From contig JAHHIK010000020.1 in assembly GCA_019358935.1 (NCBI GenBank), positions 26,806 through 90,805 on the forward strand: a stretch of 64,000 bases of DNA, in the 5' to 3' direction. The stretch comes from Tolypothrix carrinoi HA7290-LM1 (GTDB taxonomy: Bacteria > Cyanobacteriota > Cyanobacteriia > Cyanobacteriales > Nostocaceae). This document shows, one piece after another, positions 8,915 to 19,530 of this stretch. The position numbers were made by a program, and so were the translations under genes. The stretch's first letter is position 1. Every line of letters begins with the position of its first letter. Below the pieces are notes generated by a model that had not been told where the DNA came from, made no database searches, and worked only from the letters and a program-made list of their open reading frames with translations.

Positions 8915-10084
8915 ATGAAATTAAATAAGTTACAACAAAGAATTGTCAGTATTCTTGAGCCTTTACCTATGGAAAACAAGCATTTGGCTCCAACAGGCAC
9001 TCTGGAGGCGCTGCAAATTAGGATAGGCGAAACTGTCACAGGTTGGTTGCGATCGCTTCGTCGAGGTCAACCGATGCTCTGGGACCCTTGGATACTCAAA
9101 GATGGTGATATTTATCGTATGTATTACTTACAAGCGCTAGAAAGAGAAGACCCTTGGTGGAAAAATAGTAACATCGGCGCTGCGGTTTCTACTGATATGA
9201 ACCACTGGGAAGATTTAGGAATTATTCTAGAGCCAGAGCCAGCTAATTATTGGGAATCGGGAAGAGTCTGTGCCGGTTGTACCTATAAAGAAGATGGTAT
9301 CTACTACCTGTTTTATTCAGCAGGTGGCAAAGAACCACCACACTTGAGGAATGAAGCGATTGGTTTAGCAACATCAACCGATGGCGTACACTTTTCACGT
9401 TCTAGCGATCGCCCTTTATTAACTCCAGAAAATGATGACCCTTGGTATGGACGCAGTAACTGGACAGAGCATTTACACTGGCGCGATCCTTATATTTTTA
9501 AAGATGAGCAAACTAATAGTTACTACATGTTCATTTGTGCCGGCTCTAGAGTAACTGGTAATTTTCAAGGATGTGTTGGTTTAGCAGTAGCAGACAAAAT
9601 TACTGGTCCTTACAAATTACTACCACCTGCTGTAGAAGCACCTGTAGATGCTGTAGATTGGCCCTATTACCATTTAGAACGTCCTCAAGTCATTTATAAA
9701 AACGGTAAATATAATTTATTCTTTTCTTGCTTTAAGCAGTTTTTTAATCCAGATTGGCTGCAAAAATTAAAGCATAAAAGAGTAACGAATTCTTCACTCT
9801 ATTGGTATATTTCTGATAATATTGCCGGACCTTATCACCCAGTAGACGATGATGATTTTATCGTTAAAGGAAGCGAAAAAACTGGAATGTATGGAACTAA
9901 TTTTCTGAAAATATCAGATGAACCAGAAGAATTTATAGCCTATGGCTGGTATCACAGACTTCACGCCTTACAAGTTTCCCAAGCATTTCGAGTGAACTGG
10001 AAAAACACCAGCTTAGACGAAAGCAGTTATCAACACCATGACATTCTGGAAATTTTGCTGACTTCAGGTAAAACTGCTAGGTGA
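8915..10084 (+). CDS. Clan GH-J (GH32/GH68-like) glycoside hydrolase
   Basis: WDPW, WRDPY and LERPQ motifs. Confidence 0.8.
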   Translation: MKLNKLQQRIVSILEPLPMENKHLAPTGTLEALQIRIGETVTGWLRSLRRGQPMLWDPWILKDGDIYRMYYLQALEREDPWWKNSNIGAAVSTDMNHWEDLGIILEPEPANYWESGRVCAGCTYKEDGIYYLFYSAGGKEPPHLRNEAIGLATSTDGVHFSRSSDRPLLTPENDDPWYGRSNWTEHLHWRDPYIFKDEQTNSYYMFICAGSRVTGNFQGCVGLAVADKITGPYKLLPPAVEAPVDAVDWPYYHLERPQVIYKNGKYNLFFSCFKQFFNPDWLQKLKHKRVTNSSLYWYISDNIAGPYHPVDDDDFIVKGSEKTGMYGTNFLKISDEPEEFIAYGWYHRLHALQVSQAFRVNWKNTSLDESSYQHHDILEILLTSGKTAR

Positions 10085-10205
10085 AATTGTATAGACGTTC
10101 ACATATTGTAGAGACGTTCGGTGTGGAACGTCTCTACGATGGTTATGGTGTTTTTATTACTATTAATTCAACCGCTATAATATCGGAGAAAAGCGAAAAT
10201 TTATC

Positions 10206-11126
10206 CTAATCAGAATTAGTATCTGGTGTTCGCGTCAAACGTGGAGAATGTCCTCTCCGCCAACGATTAAACCCATAACCAACCGCTGCCAAAGCCAAGA
10301 AATAAGGACTGTAAACCATTAACCAAATACCCAACTTCAGCAAACCAACAGTAAAATCACCAAAAGAATTAGTAGATTTATTCCAGCTTTCTTGAAGTTG
10401 TGAACTTAAAGCGCGTTGTGTTCCGTTGCTAGAAACTGCGGCTTCTAATTTCAAAGTAATAGTTGAATAAGCAACTTGATTAGTTAAGTTTTTTAATTGA
10501 GCAGCAATTTGTTCTATAGATTGTCGCACCTGACTAAGTTCTTGGGCAACACTTAACACATCCCTAACAGAACCAGCGCGATCCATAATTTTCTGTAAAT
10601 TCGCTTCTGTTTTTCGCAAATTAGTTAATCTCGCTTGAATGTCCACTAAGCGATCGCCTACATCTTCAGCGCTAATATTGCGACTTTGTACCGTTCCCAA
10701 TTTAGCTAATTCATCTAAAGTAGGTTGCAGCAAGTTTTGCGGTACTCGCAACTGTATTGATGCGGTGTGACGAGCGTTTGTTTTTGTCGGTTGTTGTTCT
10801 TGTAAACTAATTAAATCTCCTTGCTGTTTATTGATAATTTCCGAGACAGCATTAACACTTTTATCTACAGAATCAACAATCAAACTCATTGCCGCTTTTT
10901 TGATTAATTGCGGACGAGAACGAGGTACTTGTGCAGTTGTATCAGCCGTTTCAAATGTTGCAGCATCACCTGCGAGTGATGCTGCGGATTGACTTGCTGT
11001 TGTCTCATTCTTCAGTGCAGCCTCACCTAGATTAGGTGCAGAAGCACAACTTGTAAAAATTACCCCTCCCATCAGCAAAGTCAAAAATAAAGTCGGTTTT
11101 CGCGTCGCATCAGTCAAGCTGTTCAT
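10206..11126 (-). CDS. DUF4349-domain lipoprotein
   Basis: Lipobox FTSC, LIKKAAMSL, LRVP, AEDVGDRLVDIQARL coiled coil, C-terminal TM helix. Confidence 0.85.
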   Translation of the reverse strand: MNSLTDATRKPTLFLTLLMGGVIFTSCASAPNLGEAALKNETTASQSAASLAGDAATFETADTTAQVPRSRPQLIKKAAMSLIVDSVDKSVNAVSEIINKQQGDLISLQEQQPTKTNARHTASIQLRVPQNLLQPTLDELAKLGTVQSRNISAEDVGDRLVDIQARLTNLRKTEANLQKIMDRAGSVRDVLSVAQELSQVRQSIEQIAAQLKNLTNQVAYSTITLKLEAAVSSNGTQRALSSQLQESWNKSTNSFGDFTVGLLKLGIWLMVYSPYFLALAAVGYGFNRWRRGHSPRLTRTPDTNSD

Positions 11127-11481
11127 AACCTACCCTCGGATAGTTGAAGTTAAGGCTAGTATGGCTCAATCGAAAACAGGTTTCTGGCTTTGTTGCAGTT
11201 TATGTAACACAGATAAAAATGAGCGCAAAAACCACCGAAGCTTTGATCGGAGGTTTCCTCCGCTCAAACTTCTCTCTCTCAACTCTCAACTTCTGTGTTC
11301 TCTGTGTCTCTGCGGTTCGTTTTTCCATAATTTTCTCTAATTTTGCGCTCATTCCTGAGAGGATAAATTTGTAGTTGGGGTTAAAGCGCTAAAGCGCTTA
11401 CTACGAACAGATAAGCCTAACGACGGATGAATTAGGAAAAACGCTATGACTAGCTGGTACATAAGTAAATGAACCAGAAAC

Positions 11482-12348
11482 ATGGAAACGAAACAGCTAG
11501 GAAAATCGGGTGTATATGTAAGCGCGATCGCTTTGGGTGGTATGCCAATGTCGTTAAGCTCACGACCTCCCGAATCCGAATCTCTCCAAGTCATTCATCG
11601 CGCTTTAGATTTAGGCGTTACTTTCATTGACACCGCCGACTCTTACTGCAAAGATGAATCAGATAAGCACCACAACGAGAAACTAATTCACAAAGCTTTG
11701 CAGACTTACAGTGGTGATGCCAGCAATGTAGTTGTTGCCACCAAAGGTGGTTTGATGCGTCCTAATGGAAGCTGGACGCGCAACGGCAATCCAGAACATT
11801 TACGCAAAACGATCAAAGAAAGCTTTGAAGCTTTAGGCGGTGAGAAACCGATTGATGTTTGGCAATACCACTCGCCAGACCCGGATTATACCATAGAATC
11901 AGCCCTAAAACCTGCTTCTGAAGCAGTAAAAGAAGGTTTGATTCGCTTTGTGGGAGTTTCTAACTTTTCTGTCGAACAAATCAAGCAAGCGCAAGATGTC
12001 GTGGAAATTGTCTCAGTGCAAAATCAATATAGCCCTTGGTATCGACAGCCAGAGAAAGACGGGGTGTTGAAATATTGCGAACAGCAACAATTAACCTTTT
12101 TACCTTGGAGTCCCTTCGGTGGTAGTCGGCGCCATAGTGACTTGCAAGATATTAAAGCGATCGCCCAACTAGCCAAAGAAAAAGGCGTATCCGTGTATTG
12201 TATAGTCTTAGCGTGGCTGCGTTCCAAATCGCCCTGCATCCTTCCCATACCCGGTGCTAGTAAGGTTTCTAGCATCGAAGATTCGGTGCGTGCTGTTGAT
12301 GTAAAACTCTCAGATGAAGAAGTGCAAAGAATTGATCGGGAAACTTAA
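11482..12348 (+). CDS. Aldo/keto reductase
   Basis: FIDTADSY, VATKGG, GVSNFS, LPWSPFGG and PIPGAS motifs. Confidence 0.92.
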   Translation: METKQLGKSGVYVSAIALGGMPMSLSSRPPESESLQVIHRALDLGVTFIDTADSYCKDESDKHHNEKLIHKALQTYSGDASNVVVATKGGLMRPNGSWTRNGNPEHLRKTIKESFEALGGEKPIDVWQYHSPDPDYTIESALKPASEAVKEGLIRFVGVSNFSVEQIKQAQDVVEIVSVQNQYSPWYRQPEKDGVLKYCEQQQLTFLPWSPFGGSRRHSDLQDIKAIAQLAKEKGVSVYCIVLAWLRSKSPCILPIPGASKVSSIEDSVRAVDVKLSDEEVQRIDRET

Positions 12349-12693
12349 TTGTCTGGTAGTTAGTTGATGGGCATTTTTTGCAAACGCATCTAAATCAGCA
12401 CTTACGCATTATTCGCTGTGCGAAGTATAAGCCCTTCGGGCACGCTTCTCTACTAGGACTTACGCAAAGTCGTGGAAAAACGAACCGCAGAGGACGCAGA
12501 GTTTACAGAGGAATGAGGAAGAGAGAGAATTTTTGCGTAAGTCCTGTCTACTATCCGGCTCCTTCATGTGCGAACGCACTCGTGTTATTTTTCGTCACGA
12601 GTGCGTAAGTTCTATAAATGTTAGTAGACCCAAAAATGAATGCGATCGCCCTGCTTGTCCTAACAAAATGACTTGGAAAACTGTTAGCATATC

Positions 12694-14049
12694 CTAATTT
12701 TTCAACTTGAGAATTGCTGCGGACGAATTACTTGCAAACGTCTTTGGTAACTGAATTCCAAGTACCAGCATTCTTGTTGCCATAAACGCTGAAACAGCCA
12801 ACCATAAAAGATGGTTACTGTGAGCCGACCACGCCCAAACAGCCACAGGTGTAAATCCTAACAAAATTGCTGTGAAAGCGGCGTAACGCAAAAATTGCCC
12901 TTTTGCTAATCCCGCAAAATACCCCTCCAGAATCCAAGCAATTGAAAAACAAATCAAAATGGGAACTAACCAAGGAACATAGTTTTTAATTGGCTCTATG
13001 ACTTCGGCATGATTGGTTAACAACCCAAATACAGTTTCCGGTAACAGAATGCACAATCCTGAAGCGGCAACTCCCACTAGCAAGCTAATGAAAAGCGCAA
13101 TCTGCAATAAAGGCAATAACTGATTTTTGGCGGATTGACCTTGAAAATTTCCGGTTAAAGTCTCCGTAGTAAATCCTATTCCCTCAATGAAGAACGCTAT
13201 CAGAAATATTACCTGTTGGAGCAAGGTATTTTCAGCTAAGACATCTGTCCCCAAAGTAGCACTCAGATTAATAAAAATTGTCCAAATTGACATATAGACT
13301 AAAGAATTAATCAATAAGTCTTTATTGAGGATAAAAGTATTTTTAAAAGCTGACCAGTCCCAAAACTGCCGAACTGCTGTTCGCAACTCTTGCCACTGGA
13401 TGGAGCGGCTCGCCAACACCACACCTACTAATAACATCAAATACTCGCTAAAGGCTTGAGATATTCCAGCTCCCGTACTTCCCAAATTCCACTGCACAAT
13501 CGAGAAGTAGTTCAGCACAACATTAACGACGTTGCCCACAAAGGTCAACAACAACACTTTGCCACTTTGTTCCTGTCCTAGAAACCAGCCTATGAAAACG
13601 AAATTGAGCAAAACTGCGGGTGTTCCCCAAATCCGCGCATTAAAATAAGCTAGTCCGATAGACTCAACCTCAAAAGAGCCATTCAATAGGCTAAACCCCA
13701 GCGCTCCTAGAGGATACTGCAATATCAAGATGAGAACGCCGAGTACTAAAGCGATGAACCCATTCCGCAGTCCTGCTAGTAACATTGCCTCTCGGTCGTT
13801 CCGTCCGACAGCTTGAGATGTTACTGCGTTAGTTGAAATCCTTAAAAAGAGCAAGTTCTCGTAGATGTAGCTGAATATAACTGTAGCCAAACTAACTCCT
13901 GCTAAATAACGGATTTCGGTGAGATGACCTAAGAATGCAATACCGATCAAACCCGCTAAAGGCTCTGTGAGATTGGAAAGAACATTGATAACCGCCAATC
14001 TGGAAAAACGACGTAAGAGGTCATAATTGGGTTTTTCATAGTCAAACAT
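12694..14049 (-). CDS. MATE family efflux transporter (DinF-like)
   Basis: SNLTEPLAGLIGIAFLGHL N-terminus and about 12 TM segments. Confidence 0.88.
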   Translation of the reverse strand: MFDYEKPNYDLLRRFSRLAVINVLSNLTEPLAGLIGIAFLGHLTEIRYLAGVSLATVIFSYIYENLLFLRISTNAVTSQAVGRNDREAMLLAGLRNGFIALVLGVLILILQYPLGALGFSLLNGSFEVESIGLAYFNARIWGTPAVLLNFVFIGWFLGQEQSGKVLLLTFVGNVVNVVLNYFSIVQWNLGSTGAGISQAFSEYLMLLVGVVLASRSIQWQELRTAVRQFWDWSAFKNTFILNKDLLINSLVYMSIWTIFINLSATLGTDVLAENTLLQQVIFLIAFFIEGIGFTTETLTGNFQGQSAKNQLLPLLQIALFISLLVGVAASGLCILLPETVFGLLTNHAEVIEPIKNYVPWLVPILICFSIAWILEGYFAGLAKGQFLRYAAFTAILLGFTPVAVWAWSAHSNHLLWLAVSAFMATRMLVLGIQLPKTFASNSSAAILKLKN

Positions 14050-14149
14050 ATAGCAGCAGTCCGCCTAAAGCTGTGTGTCGATACGCTTATTATCTCTACA
14101 TATAAACACGCCATACGGAAAATTCTGGCGGCTGAATCGTCGCTATTGA

Positions 14150-15259
<1,110 letters not shown>

Positions 15260-15393
15260 TTCAATTTTGGATTTTGGAGTAGACTCGTTCCCAGGTTATA
15301 CCTGGGAATTTGTTTGCACAATTTCATACCGTCAATCAGCAACGCCTTGAATTTAATTTTTGGTAAATTTTCCCTAAATAATTAAGACTGTTT

Positions 15394-15422
15394 TATAATA
15401 TATGTACATAATTATGTACATA
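15394..15422 (+). promoter_or_regulatory. TA promoter/operator: TATAAT followed by two TGTACA palindromes
   Basis: TATAAT at 15394-15399; TGTACA at 15403-15408 and 15415-15420, just upstream of the antitoxin. TGTACA cores are the known YefM-type operator. Confidence 0.7.
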
Positions 15423-15427
15423 AACTG

Positions 15428-15760
15428 ATGTTTTCCTACAAAATCACATCTCCAACCGATGCCAGAAATGACTTTTTTAAGTTGTTAGACCTGGTAGTAG
15501 AAAATCATCAGGTGTATATTATCAACCGTCGCGATGCGGAAAATGTAGCTTTGATTGCTGAGTCAGATTTGATAAGTTTGGTTGAGACAGTTTATTTATT
15601 GCGTAGACGCTATGCGTCTTGTCGTCAGACATCGCCTGAAAATGCGCGTCGCTTATTTGATGCAATAGAAGAGTCGAAAACAGGAAAGATCCAATCTCAA
15701 ACTATCGCAGAACTTCAGCAGGAGTTGGGGATTGAGCAAGAAGAAGAAAAAGAAAGCTGA
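15428..15760 (+). CDS. Phd/YefM-family antitoxin with a 9-aa in-frame insertion
   Basis: ARNDFFKLLDLV...VYIINRR...ETVYLLR[insert]SPENARRLFDAIEE. Confidence 0.85.
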   Translation: MFSYKITSPTDARNDFFKLLDLVVENHQVYIINRRDAENVALIAESDLISLVETVYLLRRRYASCRQTSPENARRLFDAIEESKTGKIQSQTIAELQQELGIEQEEEKES

Positions 15761-15989
15761 ATCTGAGGAAATTAAGCCAGTTATAATTAATCGAAGTCCT
15801 GGTTTTAGTTCTAAATTCAAAGAAGATAAGAAGTGGTGGTTCAAACAAGATTTTGCGAAAGCATCGAAAATTTTGGATTTGATTACGGCAGTCATGCAAG
15901 ACCCATTTGAAGGGATTGGTAAACCGGAAGCATTAAAGTATATGGACGCAAATATTTGGTCACGGCGAATTGATTTAGAGCATCGTTAA
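15732..15989 (+). pseudogene. Txe/YoeB-family toxin, C-terminally truncated
   Basis: DPFEGIGKPEALKY...WSRRIDLEHR* ends before the conserved LVY strand and C-terminal His-Tyr; sequence switches directly into an EndoU fragment. Confidence 0.75.
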
Positions 15990-16167
15990 TCCTAACCGAT
16001 TTAAAAATCTTTTATCTGCAAATCCACAAGTATTAGATAAAATTCAGCAAGTCAGTGGGGGAGAACTTCGCGCAGGAAGGCGTAGAAGGTCAGATTTTCT
16101 GCAAGATTTAACTAATATTTGGTTTAAAAATAAAGGCTTTGAACATATTTTTTGTGGCGAAATATAA
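15988..16167 (+). pseudogene. EndoU-type nuclease, 5' fragment
   Basis: Manual translation NPNRFKNLLSANPQVLDKIQQ...DLTNIWFKNKGFEHIFCGEI* with the GFEHIFxGE motif. Confidence 0.75.
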
Positions 16168-16570
16168 AGTTGTTCATGTTGTGTTGCCAGTACTGACAAC
16201 TCCTTAAGCTTTGCAACGCTTCTGCCAGCACTTTTAATAAGCGTCTCTGTGGGATACACTTAAAAATTATTTTGATTGGTCAATATTGACATTAAATTTA
16301 TCAGGATTAACCAAACTTGGTTTATTGTCTTGTGTCCTTATATAGTGTTGGGTGGTTAGTGTGTTCGGCTCGATTGCTTTGGTCATCCGGTTTGCGTCCG
16401 GTGTTCATTCCTTTCACTCTTTCAATATAAAAAACTGCATAACAATTTGAAATGCAAAATGCATAACAGCTATCTATGCTCTAAGCCAATAATGCATATC
16501 AAACGTTATGCATTGTGCATCACACCTGTGATAGCATGATGAAAAATCGCTCAAACAAGGTTGTGTAAGT

Positions 16571-16813
16571 ATGAACAGTAAGACCGAACGAAGGTTAAAT
16601 ATAGGTCTAAGGCTACCTGAAACCATTATTAATAAAGCAGATGAACGCGCAAAAGAATTAAATATAAATCGTACAGATATTGTAGAAAAAGCTTTGCGTT
16701 GTTATTTAGGTATTACTTTTGACTCAGATTGTGCGAATCAAACCGAATTAACACAATTAACAGAATTAGTACAAACTTTAATCACTGCAAATAATTTAAA
16801 AACAGAGGTATAA
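16571..16813 (+). CDS. Ribbon-helix-helix (CopG-like) DNA-binding protein
   Basis: IGLRLPETIINKADERAKELNINRTDIVEKALRCYL; repeated TGCATAAC boxes upstream at 16436-16515. Confidence 0.75.
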   Translation: MNSKTERRLNIGLRLPETIINKADERAKELNINRTDIVEKALRCYLGITFDSDCANQTELTQLTELVQTLITANNLKTEV

Positions 16814-16854
16814 GCAATGACTAACGCTAACAATAAGGAGGAAACTTAAAAGTA

Positions 16855-17028
16855 GTGCCTACTACAGAACAGCTAAAAACCTTTTTCCGTATATGTGTAC
16901 GGGCAAGTAATCTATTAAGGAATATTGAATTAACAAGATACGATACACGCTCACAGCGAATCGTTGTTTTAATAGGTCAATAAATTCAAGTAGAAATTTT
17001 GAGTAATGGAGAGGAAATAATTCAATGA
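16855..17028 (+). pseudogene. DUF6888-like gene with an internal stop
   Basis: GTG start MPTTEQLKTFFRICVRASNLLRNIELTRYDTRSQRIVVLIGQ*IQVEILSNGEEIIQ*; in-frame TAA at 16981; ATGA overlap with the next gene. Confidence 0.6.
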
Positions 17029-17225
17029 GTAACACTAACTATCAACAATTAACAGAAATTGAACTGAGAAATTATATTAAACAACATCCGGAAGATGAGG
17101 ACGCTTTTCAACACTACCTTGCTATTATGCGAGCAAAACCGGGTAGAGTTGTAGTTAGCACGGAAGAGCAAGCTGTAATTGAATTTCAAAAGAGAATACA
17201 GGCAGAGTCAAAACACCAACCATAA
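17025..17225 (+). CDS. DUF6887-like small protein
   Basis: NYQQLTEIELRNYIKQHPEDEDAF, similar to the 7380-7595 product. Confidence 0.7.
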   Translation: MSNTNYQQLTEIELRNYIKQHPEDEDAFQHYLAIMRAKPGRVVVSTEEQAVIEFQKRIQAESKHQP

Positions 17226-17459
17226 ATTATAATGACCATAAAAATTAAGCGTGATGAACGTCAAGTGTTTACTGGTGATAGTTTTGTAATGACTTCTACA
17301 GTACTTATAAAAGTGGAAGATAACCGCTGAACTTATGTAAAACCTATTACTAGTAAATCACAAACTTTTCTCACTAAAGCGATCGCTGAAAAATTTTGTA
17401 GTCTACGATACTTTTCCCTCTTTCCGTTGAAGCAATTTAACTTTAAAAAGGATACTTTC

Positions 17460-17639
17460 ATGAATGATGAAGAGTTAAAAAAGATAAATCGAAAGCTAAC
17501 AGGTATTGCTCTATTATTGTTTTCAATCACATTTGCAACAGTAAACATAAATATTAATGAATTTTCATTAGCTATATTTGCTATCATCTTTGGTTTGATG
17601 GGAATCTTTACGGCATTACGAGGGACTTCCAAAGATTAA
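17460..17639 (+). CDS. Small two-TM membrane protein, hypothetical
   Basis: MNDEELKKINRKLTGIALLLFSI...IFAIIFGLMGIF; AAGGA upstream. Confidence 0.5.
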   Translation: MNDEELKKINRKLTGIALLLFSITFATVNININEFSLAIFAIIFGLMGIFTALRGTSKD

Positions 17640-17731
17640 ATTCTTCATCTTTTGAAAGAAGTATTTTTGCCCATCCTAAATAAAAATTACCCACCATTAC
17701 CCACCTTTCTTACACGTCTGCGAGAATTGAT

Positions 17732-18124
17732 TATAACGAAAATGATATTGGTGGGTTGCATTTTTCCGGTAGATATTTACAATTACAAAATCAAGGAATT
17801 GCCGGAAGGTTGCCAAATAATTCTCAAAGAGAAGAAGTTGTTCCCGGTGTAATTTATACAATGGGTGTGGAAATTAAACAGGGAAACCGCATTATTAGAG
17901 ATGTTATTAAAGGTTACGGCTATTTGAGCAACGCTGAAGAAATACTTGTAGATGCCACAAAAGCATTTAAACTACAAGGAAATCTCGAAGGAGCGTGTAT
18001 TTATAATGTCAGGGATGCAGAAACTGGAAAAACTTTTCCGACTATTTTTGTGAGAAAAGAAAACGCAATTATCACCTACTATCCTGATGCTACACCTAGC
18101 GGTAAACAGTGTAAAACTTCTTGA
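17732..18124 (+). pseudogene. EndoU-type nuclease, 3' fragment
   Basis: YNENDIGGLHFSGRYLQLQ...KGYGY...AIITYYPDATP; GGLH second His and terminal TxYP. Confidence 0.75.
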
Positions 18125-18171
18125 AACCATAGTAGGGTGCGTTACGGCTTTGCCGTAACGCACCCTACAGT

Positions 18172-18789
18172 CTAATTCTTTTCTAGATAGTTTACTTTTG
18201 TTCGCTTTAATATGAACCCCATTGCGATCGCGCAAATGCCAATTACGCTACTTGGTTCGGGAACAGAGATAGGATTTCCAGTTTCTGAGTTGAAGAATAC
18301 AACTTTACCCTCACCACCACCACCAACAACTCCTAAATCGGGACGTTCATCAAATAAATAAGAAAAGTCTACAAATTTGAAGTTGATACCATCTTCCGAA
18401 CTGTAGGAAGAAAAAGCAAAAGTATAAGGAATTTCCGGGTAAGTGTCATAATTACCTCGAAAAAAAATTGATTTCGGTTTCCCATTAAAAAATGACACCT
18501 GAGTTCGATTGCCGGGGTCGTTAGTTTCATCGTATGGTCCGCCATAAAAATCAAAGAAGAATGATAAACCCTGATCGGAACTAGTAATATATTCGTTTCC
18601 TTGTCCGGTAAGGAAACTATCATCAAATTTCACGTATCCATCAAAAGTTTGACCCGCTAATATTCCCGTTAAATTCCTGACTTCAAAATCATAGGTGACT
18701 GTCTTTGCTAGTACCCGACCACCGCTAATCAAACCTAAACTCAACACCAAAGAAGCAGCGGCAGTTTTCAGTAGATTTTGCCAAATCAT
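18172..18789 (-). CDS. PEP-CTERM sorting-domain exported protein
   Basis: N-terminal signal peptide; C-terminal VPEPSS + hydrophobic helix + basic tail. Confidence 0.88.
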   Translation of the reverse strand: MIWQNLLKTAAASLVLSLGLISGGRVLAKTVTYDFEVRNLTGILAGQTFDGYVKFDDSFLTGQGNEYITSSDQGLSFFFDFYGGPYDETNDPGNRTQVSFFNGKPKSIFFRGNYDTYPEIPYTFAFSSYSSEDGINFKFVDFSYLFDERPDLGVVGGGGEGKVVFFNSETGNPISVPEPSSVIGICAIAMGFILKRTKVNYLEKN

Positions 18790-19126
18790 AATAAAAATGT
18801 TTTTTTCTATCCGAATAATTATCTATAGTAATTACACGGCAATACAGATGTCACTATTATTTGATGAAGTAAACATGAATAAATAACATTTTTTCTGCTA
18901 AATGATAATGAAATAATTAAAAACTAATTAAAAAGCTTTTGTAAAACAAAGTTATTTAATATATCAGTAGGTGGGTTGAATTAAATATAAAACCACCTAC
19001 GCTATCTTCTTGCAAAATTTCGCCTAGCTGCATGAAAATCAAATTAATGCCTTCTATGAGCTAGCTCATAGACGTTATTATAAATTCCTGGGAAATTGGG
19101 GTTAGTTGTTTTTGGAACTATAAATT

Positions 19127-19232
19127 ATGCAATCCACACTCCCAACTTTCACCCAACACTTAGATTTACCCTCAACTCAGTTAGAAGCATTACTCTCAAA
19201 AAGTTTATCTGAGTGCCTGAATTCACCTGAAC
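19127..19232 (+). pseudogene. N-terminal fragment of a hypothetical protein, fused to the antisense of the Crp fragment
   Basis: MQSTLPTFTQHLDLPSTQLEALLSKSLSECLNSPEL then runs into the reverse strand of the Crp gene. Confidence 0.45.
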
Positions 19233-19520
19233 TGTTGCTGGAGAAATGCCATTTCCTAACAGTGCAGGAGCCGCAAATATTTCTCCGGCAGAAAGCGTGC
19301 GAAGAATCGTTTCTTTGCCGGTGTTTGCTGTTTTGGTGATTTGAATTGAACCGCTGATAATAGCATATAGTTTGGCTGGTAGGCGATCGCCTTCATGCAG
19401 CACAATCTCTCCTTTGCTGTAACGCTGCACTTTGGTGTGAGGTTGCAGATTTATTCGATCTTGCGTTTCTAAACCAGCCAAAATCCTAACTTGCGAGAGT
19501 TGTTCTATTGTTGCCTGCAT
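19228..19520 (-). pseudogene. Crp/Fnr-family regulator, truncated (partial cNMP-binding domain, no HTH)
   Basis: YSKGEIVLHEGD...ISGSIQITK...GKETILRTLSAGEIFA...SPATV, after which similarity breaks off. Confidence 0.75.
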
Positions 19521-19530
19521 AGCGATCGCA

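Larger units (their letters stand above)
16167..17733. mobile_element. ~1.57 kb insertion interrupting the EndoU gene (integrative element remnant; no recombinase seen)
   Basis: Removing it at the shared TA (16165-66 / 17732-33) restores the frame GEI-YNENDIGGLHF. Confidence 0.65.

Noticed and set aside
12694..14049. MATE transporter as marker of a cyanotoxin gene cluster
   Set aside because: No accompanying toxin biosynthesis genes adjacent; such MATEs are widespread.
16044..16259. 71-aa minus-strand ORF as the insert's recombinase
   Set aside because: No serine or tyrosine recombinase motifs; half of it is antisense to the EndoU fragment.
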